From: Octopus sinensis
Taxonomy: Eukaryota
Assembly (NCBI RefSeq): GCF_006345805.1
Contig: NW_021837039.1
Location: forward strand, 25,837-89,836
Reading direction: 5' to 3'
Length of the DNA: 64,000 nt
Within the stretch, counting starts at the first letter, position 1, and every line of letters starts with the position of its first letter. This document shows, piece after piece, positions 13,476-27,669 of this stretch. Made by a program: the position numbers and the translations under genes. Under the pieces are notes generated by a model, which saw only the letters and a list, made by a program, of their open reading frames with translations, was not told the origin of the DNA and did no database searches.

Positions 13476-13722
13476 ATCTTACGGCAGCCTGCTCGCTTTG
13501 TTGTCTGTCAGCCCCCGACTTCTTTTAATGGTCTATGACCTTTGGAAACAACTTACAGAGGTGAGACAAGAGGCATAGAGGGCGATAATTATTTAAAACC
13601 TTCTTCATCACTCTTCTTATGAAGCAGCGGGTTATTTGATTCTTTCCTCAGTGAAGGTATTTTACAATCTGTCATGTAGTAATTAAAACGTAGAAGGAGA
13701 ATTTTCCACAGCACTTCACCAC

Positions 13723-13987
13723 GGTACTATTTAAGAAGAGTGGTCCCGGTGCGGGCCCTCGAGTACTCGCACATCCGCGCTAGCTAGTCGTGACTAGTCG
13801 ATCCTACGATTACCTAGCAAAGTAATTAAAATACAAAATAAATATTTTTTTACACAGAGTAAATAATTGTTTTATAGAAAGTAAATAAAGTACAAAAACA
13901 CAAAGTAAGGATCGACTAGTCACGACTAGCTAACGCGGATGCGCAAGTACGCGAGCGCGCGCACCGGGACCACTCTTCTTAAATACC
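13723..13987. mobile_element. MITE, same family as 11904-12115
   Basis: GGTACTATTTAAGAAGAGTGGTCCCGGTGCG...CGCACCGGGACCACTCTTCTTAAATACC inverted ends; it splits the RTE reading frame. Confidence 0.85.
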
Positions 13988-15675
13988 CTTCATCTCTGCA
14001 TCTGTCGTAGTGCCACCTTCCACTTCCAATTTGTCTGTTTCCATCAGTTTGAGGGCATTTTGAATTTCACTGATTATAATACCTCGGAGCTCTTCAAGCG
14101 TTTCTAGTGGTGTTGGGTAGAGCTTCGCTGATAATTTAAAAGGCATTGTGTAGATGTTTTTGCATATAAACGCTTCACAGAAGACTGCTGTTTTTGTTCG
14201 CTGACTCTCAGCAATGAGAGAAAGCATAATCATTTTACATACATACATAGAGAGAAGCTTGTTTGAATGAGTTCCCTTTGAAAAACGTCGTAAGTGATGG
14301 ACCCTTGATGAAATTGCAGCGACTAGGATACATAATTGCATACAGAATAATGTGCAGCCGCTGCAGTAGAAACATGCTGGTCATTATTATATATTCTGAA
14401 GAAAACATTTTTTAATAAAAGGTTTTGGATTTGAATAAATCTCCACTCTCGTCTTCATTTTCAATATATATATTATATATATTATATATATATATATATA
14501 TTATATATATATATATATATATGTATAATTATATATATATATTTATATATATATATTTATATATATATATAATAATAAAAATTGGGAATTTTACCAATAG
14601 AACTGCAACTCCTATTTCAGATAACCTTATTGTATGGATACACATAGAAAGTTATATCCAATAAAGTAATATAAGCATTAAAAAAAACTACTATAAAATG
14701 CAATAAAATTACTTGAAAAAATACATATCACTTACCTGTTATAAGTCTGTGGAGAAAGAAGATATTTTTAATCAACGCTACACGTGTTTCTCCGCTGGTG
14801 GGTTGTTTATCAACAACCTAAATCCACCAGTGCGTGCTCAGGCTATTTATCTTATTGTTATTATTACTAACGGATCAAAGTTAAAAATACATATTATAAG
14901 TCATATTCAATAAAGAAATAAGAATATGAATAAAAATATAATAAAAATATATAAATTACAAATATATTAAAAGAAAATTTTTTAATTTAAAAAAATTTAA
15001 ACAATTGAACACCTAAAATTACATTACCGATGTATATATAGAAAATGCTAAACCTTAGAAAACCCTCAACGACTATATTAGAAACACACCAAATCCTACA
15101 ACCTATCTATATAAACATTACGGGAATTAATAATTTAGTGTAAAATTTACCCCAATCTATACAAGTATTAATTTCCATTTTTAATGTCAAACGTGAGTTA
15201 ATAGTATTTAAAAAGATTATTTAGTATAAAATACTATATACGTTATAAATTTATTGAATAAAACTAGTAAAAAATCTAGTAAAAATTAATAAAGGAAGAA
15301 TACTTATCGACATAATTTTTACTCCTTGTTCCTGTGCAAATGGCGGCTCCCTCTGTCATGCGCTAAGTATTATGGATATAAGATAAATAAAATAAAATTT
15401 TCTGAAAAATTCTCTAAGACTAATAATATTAGAGAGGTTGACTCCAAGGGGAGATAATAACTAGACACTCTTAAATCTAGCTGTAACTAGATATTTAAAA
15501 TAGTGTTTAGGATTTAGAGTTTTATGTTAGATTAAATGTGGCCTGTCTATTCCTTTTAAGGTAATATTGTTTAATAAATTCTTGGTTCCTGGTATATCCG
15601 TATCTAATCCTACTATAAAATTCTATTATAACTACATTTAACTATCTTCCTCATAATTGTTTAAGAGATTACATA

Positions 15676-16868
15676 CTGGGTGGATGGGGAGTTACAATTT
15701 ATTCACCGTCTAAACTATGCAAAAATGAAAATAATACATTTCATTTTAACAGATATATTTACCAAAATTACGTAAAAATGTCTTGAAATACTAAAGAATA
15801 AGTTTATTCAATAAAATTGCTTGTTTAAGTTGGTGAATGATACTATATTCCTTGCCTTCAGTTCTGTGCCCCACACATAATAATGAATGAGGTTGCAGTC
15901 TGGGGAGTTAGGTGGACAGATGTTAGGGGTGATGTGGTCTCAGAAATTGTCTGACAGCCATGACTCGCTTCCCCTGCTTGTGTGCCATGGGGCAGAGTCC
16001 TGCTGCCAGACATAGGATCTTCCAGTAGCCACCCCCTTGATGCAGGGCAGCACTACTTCCGCCAGGCACTTGATGTAGGCCTCCGTGTTGAGTGTGAGGC
16101 CATGTGGGAAGATGAACGGAGGCATATTCATTTACATACAAACTAGTGATCACTCCAAACACCATGATGTTGACTGGATGTTTGATTTTTATCACTCCCA
16201 GTGCATGTTTTTGGATACAATAAGCCAACGGTTTTTTCTGTATTTACCATCTGATCCTGGCAGACATTTTTCTCGTTTGAGAAAACCAAAGCATGTTCGG
16301 TAGGAGAGCTTGTTTGAGCTTGTTCAAAAGTTTGTAGCGCAGTCTTTCCTCTTGTCCTTGATGGCTTGGGGTTAAAAGCTGACCCTTTCTCATCTTGTAT
16401 GAGGAATACCAAATGTTTTCATGCTCTACCTGCCTGATAAAAATCTCAGACACTCCTATATATCTGGCGATGGATTTGATTACTTGATCGTTGTCAATCA
16501 TGGCTTGGGTCTCACCAACAAATTCAGGAGTTCTTTTCTTATCAGAATAATCAGAGTGAATTTTCCGAACTGTCGTACCATCGTAATCACCATTAGACTC
16601 ATCCAACTCCTTCTGAATCCTCTGCACTGTCCTCAGATTGGCACCAAATACTTTCAATTATTCGTATTAGAGATTCCGGCGCAGATGCCAAGCATTACAG
16701 CATGTTGTTCCAAAATTTCTGGCAGAGTGAACTGCGTCATGGTGCTGTATTTCTCACAGACGGTGTCCAATTGATCCGACTATACTGTGTAGTCGACAAA
16801 ATCAAAAACAGACAACGTACATGCGCGAATAAAAAATTACAAAATGGCGATTTACCTATCGCACCCAA
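15676..16868 (-). mobile_element. Tc1/mariner-superfamily element, maT (DD37D)-like, decayed
   Basis: Minus strand reads MVFGVITS..MPPFIFPHGLTLNTEAYIKCLAEVVLP..WQQDSAPWHTS..WLSDNF..PPNSPDCN. Ends TA-CTGGGTG and CACCCAA-TA. Confidence 0.85.
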
Positions 16869-17801
16869 TATATATATATATATTATATATATATATATAT
16901 ATATATGTACATACGTACATATATACACAGATTCATACATTCATACATATATATACATACATACATAGACGCACAATATATATATATATATCAAAAGATG
17001 TGTGTATATATATTAGTTTGTAGTTACACCTGTACAAAAAAAAATTTTATGCAAACACCAGAAGTAACTGCACCGTTCTTTATCTATAGTCAATACTTAT
17101 ATACATACATCTTACTCAGTTTAACCTAATATTCGAAACCCGGCCACTTAAATTTCTGAATATCATCTATATCTGAGCTGTATTTCTATACGAATCTAGT
17201 TTCCCCTCACCTCTGTTGCATATACGTTGGAATGAACCCTGACTAGAAAATCAAGCTATTTCTTTTTATACTATAAACATCAAACGTAATATGCTGTGTG
17301 AGGAAAGCAGCTAAACCGAAAATTCTACGTCATTGTCAACCTTTCCCTTCTGAAAATAATATGCGTTTGTATTTGCAGGTAGTATTAAGAATAAACTAAT
17401 GTAAGGAAAATGTAAATAGTACTCAACAGAATAAATTTTTATTACATTATATCTAATGTAACACTACCTTAACAAATATAATTTGATATTTTGTGAAGTC
17501 GTTGTTATTATCAGATTGCTTTTTGAAAAGTGTTAGCGCTTTAAATGTATTTTACTCTTTATCTGGTATCTCGATCAAATAGCGTAAATATTTGTGGCAT
17601 TATGAGGTAATGAATGAACAGACCACTTTCCTTGTGATAATTAGTAATCTATCTACAAATATCCAAAACAATATGCTGCCTTCGACTGGTACAGTTAGCA
17701 ACACGTGTAATCCAATATAATAAAACACCAGAGTATGGGTTGTTTTTTTAATATTGTTTCTTGTTCGTAACATTCGAATAAAATTGAACGTTAAAGAGAG
17801 A

Positions 17802-17838
<37 letters not shown>

Positions 17839-18499
17839 AGCGAGAAGGGGAAGCGGAAGGTGCGAGTATTATAAAAAAAATAGTGAGGGATTGAATGTGC
17901 GCTAAGAGTAAGCTTGGCAGATCGAGAATGAGATTTAGAATTGAGAATTATACTAAGACAAGCAATATGTACGACGCTAAACTATGTGGTGTAGGCTGGA
18001 AGTTTCGACAGCATTTGCTTTTATAATAGAGCATAGGTTGCAATTAAAGATCATGTACACATTTTACTGTAATATAACAGTTGTAGTAAACAGCAATATT
18101 TACATTACAGAAAAACTATACAGCTTGCAGTGTGTAATATTACATTACATTTTATAACATGATACTACTGCATTTTACAGGGTTATTCAAAACATTTCAT
18201 AAAAATATAGAGTATCCGTTTACACCAACGTTTACATTTTACACCATTTTACGGAATGCAGTTTACAAGAACGATATTATTTCACAATATATTACAGGTA
18301 GTCGTTTACAAATATTTACAATATGTATGTATATATTATGGCAGAGATGGAAGCCAAATATTTACTACCTTCTCTAATAGGATATAGTTACAGAACGGCG
18401 TATACAACCTCTTACTCTATCAACAAATATTAAATGCGCATTAAATCTAAAGTTCTCTACCAGCAACATTTTTTACATCTATTTTAGAGGGAAAAGAAA

Positions 18500-20417
18500 C
18501 AATTTGTCAGTCTGTTTTGTTAATTAGTTATCACAGGTTTCCACTGTTCTTATTTCTACTAAAGAACACATTCAATATTTTTTTTTGACAAATATATTTC
18601 AGATCTAACATATGTGTCGAGATCTGTTATTTTCGCAACAATGGGAAGAATACTATGGAACTGCTTTATCTTCAATATAAAGGGTTGAGTTATATGACTT
18701 GGAACTATATTCACTGTAGGCATCAATACTCTGTCTCCTCTTCTGCTGTCACTCTTAATTTCTGGAATGCATTGATGCAATGAATTCCTGAAGGTCTAGA
18801 GTCTTTCAGTAGGCTATTCCTGGTTACAGGTTGACATGAACATTATAAGAGAAAAAGCATTTAGTATTTGCTCACGAGAAGGTAATCCCAAAAGATAAGC
18901 TGATTCAAATCATCTTAAAAATAATTTACTTCCGGGTGCAATAGAATGGTATTCGTACTCATATTTTCTAAGAATATAAGAATATAAAAGGGCATTTGGT
19001 AATTCATCTGTTAACATCGGAGTTGCATTTACTGTTTTGTATTGAAGAATTTCTAAGCGAAATTGCAAAGATGATAAAGATGTAACTAGGATGGGTACAG
19101 GAAGACTGAGTTTACTGTGAATTGTTATCACTCGTCAACAAATAAACAGAAATGTCAGTTGTTGCAGAGGACCACACGTTCTTACTATGAACGTTTTGTA
19201 AATCTATTGTTTTATTGAACTTTTATAAGCATTATGGAAACGCCCTTCACTATCGCCAACGAATATTTTCAGAAACTCGTTCAAAGCATATAAGTTGAGG
19301 TCATTTAAACTTTGTGGTGGTGTTAAATTGCATCATTCTCCACGTAAAAATCTTTATTGACATCATTAAAAGTTGTTATACATCCAGACAGTCCTCTGTT
19401 ACTGCAGTGCATGAAGTCAATTACGCTAATAAATTACGCAAAATACATTTTAGCGAACTTCCCTGTATGTTCCTACCATCTGCTAAGAAATCTTAAATAA
19501 ATCCTTACTCAAGCCATTGGAATAAGGACAGAGGACCAAGCTGTCCAGTTAGAAGTTATCTAACGATCCAAAATTCTTTTAGTTGATGACACAATCTGTT
19601 TTTCTTTACAGCTTCCGATATATATCGTACCATTATATTGTTATCATTATTTAGAAAATTTTTCTTGCAGCTGATGCTTTTATAAGTGTTATGAATAACG
19701 TTGTCACGAGCAGGAGCTCTCTTCAAGTATGTAATAATGATAACAATGCCAACAACAACAACAACAACGATGACGACGACGAGAGCAACAACAACAACAA
19801 TCTTAAATATAATCTCTCAATTTTCTGCAGATGAACAGCATGCATTCTTGTGATTATTTTATCTCCTCAATTATTTTCTGTTTTCATGCTGTTGTCCTTT
19901 TGTTACAGTCACAATAACAGAGAATTTTAGAGTAGGCATACCCTCTGGCAGCTTCTTAATTTTCCATTTTAGTCTAAAATATACCGTAAATAATTGTTTC
20001 TATGTAAGGCATTTTTTAAAGAAAGGCTCTATTTCAGGTGTATTCTGGGAAGTAAATTGGATGATCATGGTTCGAAATGTATTGGAACTACGTAATGAAA
20101 GTGTAGGAAGAACCATGCACTCAGTATACCATCAACCTCCACCTTATTTCTGTGAGCGTTGACGTATTAGCTATTTATGTATTGAGTAATTCCATCATAA
20201 ATAAATACATTACGTTCTTGTATTTCTACGTCTGTACAATTATATTTGCAATAATTGTCCTTGGAAATATATTTCACAGAGATAAGGAGTAAATTCTAGA
20301 GTTGATGTGTCGTTGTTGCACATTACTTATTTGTTGCCTGGTACATTTCAGTTGTCAATTTGATAATTACCTGTTTACAGCAAACTTCAGAAGAGAGAAT
20401 AAGACAGGGAGATAGTG

Positions 20418-20467
<50 letters not shown>

Positions 20468-20930
20468 GGAGAGAGAGAGAAAGAGAGGGAGAGAGAGAAA
20501 GATGGATAGTATTTCTTTATCTTGTAGCTTTTGTAGCATCTCTGAGGTCTTTAGAAAACTATTTGGAATATTTATTGTTTGCCATAGAGGGTTCATTGGT
20601 TTGACGTATAGAATATTGTAAACAGTTAACTCTATGATAGGATCTGGAAGCACTGCACACAAAAGTTCCGCAGTTCATGTGAGATCATTGAAAGCAACTT
20701 TGTCTTGTAATATGATGATAAAATAAGAGTGAAATATTCCACATTTTGAAATACAATAGGACAAGGAGAACTTATCCAATGGAATTTACCGTGCGTAAAC
20801 CACAATATGCCAGGAGAGTTATTAACAGGAAAGTGCGAATTAATGTTTCTCTTTTCTCAATCTCCAATGAAATCCGATCTTTATTTTCGAGCATGATGAC
20901 AGTAATGGACATGTTTCGGATTTGTTAGAC
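18500..20930 (-). mobile_element. Decayed, internally deleted Helitron (Rep and PIF1-like helicase remnants)
   Basis: Minus strand reads IVFQ/KCGIFHSYL (Rep motif 2-like); CAVLPDP..YNI; DGITQYINS*YV; SATTDISVYLL..TIHSKLSLPVP (helicase Ia-like); GDRVLMPTVNIVPSHITQPFILKIKQF (helicase C-terminal motif). Confidence 0.75.
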
Positions 20931-21619
20931 CTCATTAGTGATGATAAGCATCACAGTACTATTATCCATATTACAGTCTTCGTTAAAAAAGGTTTCTTTT
21001 AAGACATTTCTCTCGCTCTCTACCTCTTTCTCTCTCTCTCTCTCTTTCTCTTCCTCTCTGATCACCCCTCACCCACAGAGACATATATGGAGAAAATAAG
21101 CGAAATACTTTATTTCAAGTTCAAAACATCAGAAACCGCAGCTGCAAGTTTTATGGAACTGGTCGCCAGATAAGAGTGAATTTATGAAGAAGTACAATGG
21201 TTTTACATGGTACCGTGTGAATCAGTAGAGAAATCATCAAATAAACTTTGAAAACTGATTGTAGAAGAGTTTGTTCACATTTCAAAACTGATAGAATCTT
21301 TTGGAGAAATCGATTGATCATTGAAAAATAATGTAACACAAACATGAATAACGAGTGTATTTAGTTGAATAAAACGAAGTATTATGCCTTGAAGAAAGAA
21401 AATATTTATATATTTTCTGCCGTCAAGAAAAAAATCCAGGTGAAAAAGCCATTTTAGAACTTAAGAAACATACACAAAATGGTTTGATAATAACATTAAA
21501 AACCAAACAAGAACAAATTCATAGCTGTAAAATAAAATTTGTTGTAATGGACGGGTGCAGAGAGTAAAAAGGAGTGAAAGTGAGTTTTGTATAAAATAAA
21601 GTGAGGCGAGGTAGTGAAG

Positions 21620-21707
<88 letters not shown>

Positions 21708-22754
21708 ACAGAGAAGAGAAAGAGAGAAGGAGGGAAAGAGAGAGAGAGAGAGAGAGGTTTGTTAAAGAAGTATGGAATGAATAAAATGCTTGAATAGCGA
21801 ATGGGTACAAACGTAGGTGCATCGATACTTAATTTCAGTCTGAACAATATGAATGGAGTCATACATACATACATATATACATACATACATAGATACATAC
21901 ATGCACACACAAACTCATGCACACATGCACACACACACACACAAGCACGTACATTATTTGTACGATTAAGAATACTACAGAAAGTTTTCAAGAAAAGCGT
22001 TTGCCTCTTTTTTTTTTCTTAAGTGTTGGAAGCAATTGGTAAAATGCCCCTAGATTTTGCGTCCAACACATTAATTGAACTACACGAATAATTATATGGA
22101 TAACATCTCTTACATTATATTCTCTCTTCCCCAAACCGTCACCACCTCCTTTATTTAGCCTTCTTTTATCCTGTTAGATAAGCTGTTACCGTTCTCTTAT
22201 AAATTTCTCCCTCCCAACCCAACGACAACCAAGATACATACACAAGGTACATACACAACCCCACCTCACCCTCTCTGCAAAAACCCTTCGTACCATTCTT
22301 CGATTTAATTTACCGCTTCGTTACCGAATATATACCTAAAAGAGAACACTTCTAAGTATTATCACTTTCTCTCTCCTTCCGAAAAAGGACAAGTATCTGA
22401 AACGTCAATTTATTATCTTCTTTACAACATAAAAAGATATTCCACTGATCTATTAGTATTGCTTTTACTGAAGCAGAATATAACAATTTCATCAGAATCT
22501 AATAAATGTATCTTCATCTATGTTTATATGTATTCAGTGTGTATATGTGTGTGTATGTGTCAAGTGTGTGATTGTACAGGCACATGTGGGTATGCTAGAT
22601 TTTAATCAACTTCAACGAAAGTAAATTTTATTGATATTCCAGAAATGATCTTTTTCAGCTGTTACATTAATTCTTTCATTATCTTTGTCTTTCCATCTCG
22701 CATACACAAACACTAACACACACAGTCACATACACAAGCATGCACACACGTACA

Positions 22755-22785
<31 letters not shown>

Positions 22786-22910
22786 TCATATTCGTGTGTA
22801 TGTGCTCATATTCGTGTGTATGTGCGTGTGTTCATGTTTGTGTGTGCGTGCGGTGTAGCAAGAATATTTACCAGTCGGTATCTTTAACCCTCCATATATT
22901 AATATCTCGT

Positions 22911-22963
22911 TATCTATCCATCTATCTATCTATCTATCTGTCTATCTAACTATCTATCTATCC

Positions 22964-23031
<68 letters not shown>

Positions 23032-23060
23032 GTCTATCTAACTATCTATCTATCCATCTG

Positions 23061-23111
<51 letters not shown>

Positions 23112-23120
23112 GTCTGTCTA

Positions 23121-23161
<41 letters not shown>

Positions 23162-23175
23162 GTGTCTGTCTATCA
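22911..23175 (+). repeat. (TATC)n/(TGTC)n microsatellite immediately 5' of Tx1 copy D
   Basis: Direct reading; it is preceded by non-Tx1 sequence. Confidence 0.97.
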
Positions 23176-23426
23176 ATCAATTAATCAACTGGCTGTTGTC
23201 GCGACGTCACCCGTAAGTTTAAAGAGTTTCTGCTTTATTAATTTGTAAACAATTTTTGTCAATAAATTCTCCCTTTAAGTATTTAAGGGAGAATTTTCGG
23301 GTTTCAAAAAACTATTTAAAAAAATGAATAGCTTGTTCCGAGACCAGCAGCGTCTCTCTAACCCATTTGGACGTTGACATTTCTCCGTTACCAACAGCAA
23401 CGAGTAAGATAGAAAGCATTCCCTCA

Positions 23427-23502
<76 letters not shown>

Positions 23503-23704
23503 CACAGTTGAACAACGACACTAGCGTTCCTACCGAACAAATGGGAAGAGAAAGGAAACACAATGACTGTTGCTACCACCACTGCCTCCACCACCGCCTC
23601 TACCACTTAGACCACTTAGACCCGGTGGGTAGGCTGGTCTTCTTGGATGTCGATGGCAGTAATGGGTGTGCTCTCCGACTGGTAACGGTATATACACTGT
23701 CCTG

Positions 23705-24109
23705 AAGGTGGCGAGCTGGCAGAAACGTTAGCACGCCGGGCGAAATGCTTAACGGTATTTCGTCTGCCGAGGATGAAAGCCGAGGTCGACTTTGCCTTTC
23801 ATCCTTTCGGGGTCGATAAATTAAGTACCAGTTAAGCACTGGGGTCGAAATAATCGACTTAATACCTATGTCTGTCCATGTTTGTCCCCTCTATGTTTAG
23901 CACCTTGTGGGTAATAAAGAAATAGGTATTTCGTCTGCCGTTACGTTCTGAGTTCAAATTCCGCCGAGGTCGACTTTGCCTTTCATCCTCTCGGGGTCGA
24001 TAAATTAAGTACCAGTTACGCACTGGCGTCGATGTAATCGACTTGATCCGTTTGTCTGTCTTTGTTTGTCCCTCCTGTGTGTAGCCCATTGTGGGTAGTA
24101 AAGAAACAG
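23705..24109 (+). mobile_element. SINE family 1 head-to-tail dimer inserted in the APE region of Tx1 copy D
   Basis: Full unit to 23925, then a unit starting GTATTTCGTC. Diverged 17-bp TSD GGTATATACACTGTCCT (23687-23703) / GGTATGTGCACCGTCCT (24109-24125). Confidence 0.9.
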
Positions 24110-24524
24110 GTATGTGCACCGTCCTTATCAGATCAGGCGGATTTCCTTCGACGTCTAGAGGTTTTCATGGAAACGTCTCGAGCTATCTTGGACACGCGTC
24201 TAGACTATGTAGGTATAGATAGGAAGAGAAAGGGATAGAAAAATGCCTCAAAGACATGCTCAGCTGTTTCCACTCGATTGTGCCAATGTGGACATGAACC
24301 AACCGCATTGAGTCGTCCAGATCGTATTTAGATAGAGTATTCAGAAGGACAGTAGATAGGGATAATGTAGGTTGTCCACAATTTCCCATAGTCCGTTACG
24401 CAGATCAAAAATTCGTGACCTGTACGCTCGATTTAGGTAAGGATCATAGGCAGGGTCCCGGATACTCGAAATTGAACGCATTGCTCCTGCTCAACAAGTT
24501 TACAAAGACGTATTAAAGCATTAG

Positions 24525-25080
24525 AAGAGAAAAAGAAGAAGAAGAAGAAGAAGAAGAGAGAAGAAGAGAGAAGAAGAAGAAGAGAAGAAGAAGAAGAAAG
24601 AAGAAGAAGAGAAGAAGGAAGAAGGACAAAAGAGAAGAAGAAGAAGAAGAAGAAAAGACGAAGAAGAAGAAGAAGAGAAGAAGAAGAAGAAGAAGAAGAA
24701 GAAGAAGAAGAAGAAGCGAAGAAGAAGAAGAAGAAGAAGAAGAAGAAGAAGAAGAAGAGAAGAGAAGAAGGAAGAAGAAGGAGAGAAGCTTCGTGGGAAT
24801 ATGTGGATTTGACGAGCGGTCCCCAACAATCCCGCATGTAAAGACATCCTGTTTGCCACAGATTGTCCACAGACGCAGGGGCAGAACGACCGAGGAGCCG
24901 CCGGTTGCCAAAACAGACACTCCGAGGATTTTCTCCGGGTTGTGGCCCTAATACCACTCGGTGTCCGACCAATCCGCCTTGGGTGGCTCTGCCAGGAACC
25001 GAAGTTCCCGACGGCATAGCTCTGACACTACCCGTTGCCAGCGTCCCCACCACGGTGAGGAGGGGATGGACTTTGGGGAC
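24525..25080 (-). mobile_element. Unclassified antisense insertion: ~290-bp GC-rich body plus ~260-bp (CTT)n tail
   Basis: Tx1 D sequence stops at GCATTAG (24518-24524) and resumes at GCACTAG (25081-25087). Between them lie (GAA)n and a body unrelated to Tx1. Confidence 0.6.
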
Positions 25081-25429
25081 GCACTAGTTAAGAGGGAGTT
25101 GACGGGAGACATTGTCAACAACGATTGGTTGTTTTCCCAATAGAGGGCAATTAAAGCAGAATCGCTTAGTTATAGCAAGGCTTTAGCGATAGAGCGAAAT
25201 AAAATAGAGGGAGAAATATCCATGACAACCATCACCTCAAGGTAGTTAAGGAACATGGCATGGTATGTGTCGACCATAGATACTTGACGGCTGTCCTTAA
25301 GGCGACTGGTTTCGGTCCAGTCTTTCGCAGTTGGATCGCTGGTTTATACAGCGGCATCCGCTCAGTAGTTCGAGTAAATGGCCATCAACGTAGACCATTT
25401 ACCGTCTCGTCACTACTGTATATATTGAC

Positions 25430-25549
<120 letters not shown>

Positions 25550-25746
25550 CGGACGTGCTGTCACTTCGGCTCCGAAGGTAATCGTTTATTTTGACTATTT
25601 ATAGCCCATATTTTGTGTACATTTTTTAAATAAGGTGTGTAAGGCACCCAACTTTCATTTGAGTGCTTTTCCAAGGGAGGAATTCGCCCCTAGCGGCATT
25701 TTCAACCCTATTTAATTTGCGTAATTTTCTTCTCGACATTAAAAAA

Positions 25747-27603
25747 ATGTCGAGAAATTTTATTGTAGAACGCTGGTCGCGTTCTTTTATGGACCAGCAT
25801 TTTCCTAGTCTGGAAACGCGAGGAGAAAAAAAGAACGTATGCACGCAAAGTGTAAACCTGAATGACGTGGTAGTGAACGCTGCAACCACTTGCGGTAACA
25901 GCCCTGTCACCCCACCACTAACAACAACAACAACGAGACTACTACTGCTACCACCACCACCTCCACCACACGACAACATAAAATGATAAAAATGAAACTC
26001 ACGCGAATACTATTAAGAAAAAACAACAAAAACAACAATAACAATAAAAATGAACTATCTAATAGTGAAGATGTTATATAAAAATCAACAACACCAGTAA
26101 ATTTCGCTGACACTCTGCGTCAGAAGAAGAAAAATAGTAAAATTTACAAATGAAGAGCTAATAGAAACGAGAGCTCTCTATACAACCCGTGGGCAAGATT
26201 TAGTGCTGCATACACCTCAACACATAAAGGAACAAATAGAAAATAAAACAATTATATATAAAATTATAAGAAAAAACAAAAAACAAAATGAACAGATTAC
26301 AAAAACGGATATAGAAAAATGTTTAAAAAATATAATGAAACAAAAGAATATATAAACTGGGGTCCCCAGTTTAACACAGTAGTGGTCCGCTTCCCTAACC
26401 AGGAAGTGGCAAAAGCTCACTCTACCAAGTCTTTGGAAAATGAGGATATCAAAATGGTACCTTATTTCAAAGGCCAGAGAGTGAGTAGAATTACTATTAA
26501 AAATGTACCCCCCGAGATCCCGAACAAATGGATAACAGGGGCAATCTGTTACCATTTGAAAAAGATCAATATTTTAGAAACCATCGTGTACCTAAACGAC
26601 AATTGGGGTGGAAAAACAATAGTAGTGACCATCCAGATTGAGGGGGCCTCGATCGAGAACCTACCCGATAGGATCCACTTAGAAAATGGGCAAAGCCTAT
26701 ATGTTGTGGCAGAAGGCAAAATGCCTAGATGCTACAACTGTGGCAGCCTAGAGCATTTAATTGCCAAGTGCGCTCTAGCACAGAAAAAAACAAGAAAGAA
26801 CAAATCAGAAAACAAATAAAAAAAACCCGTTGCCAACACCAACACCAACACACTCAATTATGGAACAATGCCAAGAAGAAAACCAACAATCCAGCAAACA
26901 AACCCCAAAACATCACCAAGAAAAGAAACAGTACCAACAAAATCACCGTTGACGACGCAACCAATTCATCATGCTGAATCAAAAGATAGCACCACACCAA
27001 CATCCAGGACGACAATTAAAAAGACAGAAAACAGTGACGAGAAGACAAATTCTACCCCTAACACCACAACAACACAAACACCGCACAAAACATCAACAAT
27101 TTCTACAAGCATACATATTAACGCAAATGCTTTGCCTTTACCCCCTTCTGATACGCCGGACGACGAAAGTTCGACGGAATGGCAAATAGCCACAGGAGGT
27201 AAAAGTAAAAGATAAAAAAGCCCACCAAACAAGGAAGTAAAGCAGGGATATATTTAACTCCGGACAGCATCCCCTAGACAATAAAAAAATCAATGAACCC
27301 GCAAAACCACACACACAACTAACTGCAATAGTCATAGACAATAAAATATTAATGGATTACATTGTATCCAACACGGACATCTGTGAAGATGACTTTAAGA
27401 CAAACAATCATCCGCGCACCACACCACCGAAGCTCATAAAAATTGTACACATAACACAAACACAACACCATACACTGAAAACAATATTTCCAAATGCGGT
27501 AGGCGGGTTTCAACGTTACCTCTCCAAAAAACTACACAAACACCTCATCAAAGACACTACAAAAGAAGAAGAAAAATATGAAACTTTCGAAATGAGTAAG
27601 TGA
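25747..27603 (+). pseudogene. Tx1 copy E ORF1, frameshifted
   Basis: MSRNFIVERWSRSFMDQHF start; core 26319-26819 with PRCYNCGSLEHLIAKC (CX2CX4HX4C); ends ETFEMSK*. Confidence 0.85.
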
Positions 27604-27669
27604 CCTTCCCTCTTGCCTCTTGTCTCTTCCAATGTAGTGTGTGAAACACAATTTTCGTAAACGTCAATT

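Larger units (their letters stand above)
12290..14341 (-). mobile_element. Decayed RTE-clade LINE ORF2 fragment, interrupted by a SINE (13244-13475) and a MITE (13723-13987)
   Basis: Minus-strand translation gives EIQNALKLM..; NNYRPLCLLSHLCKLF; DHVFTLTKLI; FADYEKAF.SVE; ISPKIFTACL..IDWTGGVNINGEQL; LEGISL; [14 protein letters not shown]. These are RTE-type RT motifs in the expected order. Confidence 0.85.

Noticed and set aside
13731-13984. TTAA-flanked Kolobok/piggyBac interpretation of the MITE
   Set aside because: The second copy shows that the TIR extends outward to GGTAC, so TTAA is internal to the TIR.
14560-15670. AT-rich block as a possible mitochondrial insertion (NUMT)
   Set aside because: I found no recognisable mitochondrial rRNA, tRNA or protein motif on either strand; composition alone is not evidence.
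21100-21480. Coding-like stretch (ETAAASFMELVAR...)
   Set aside because: It has multiple stops and no recognisable family motif.
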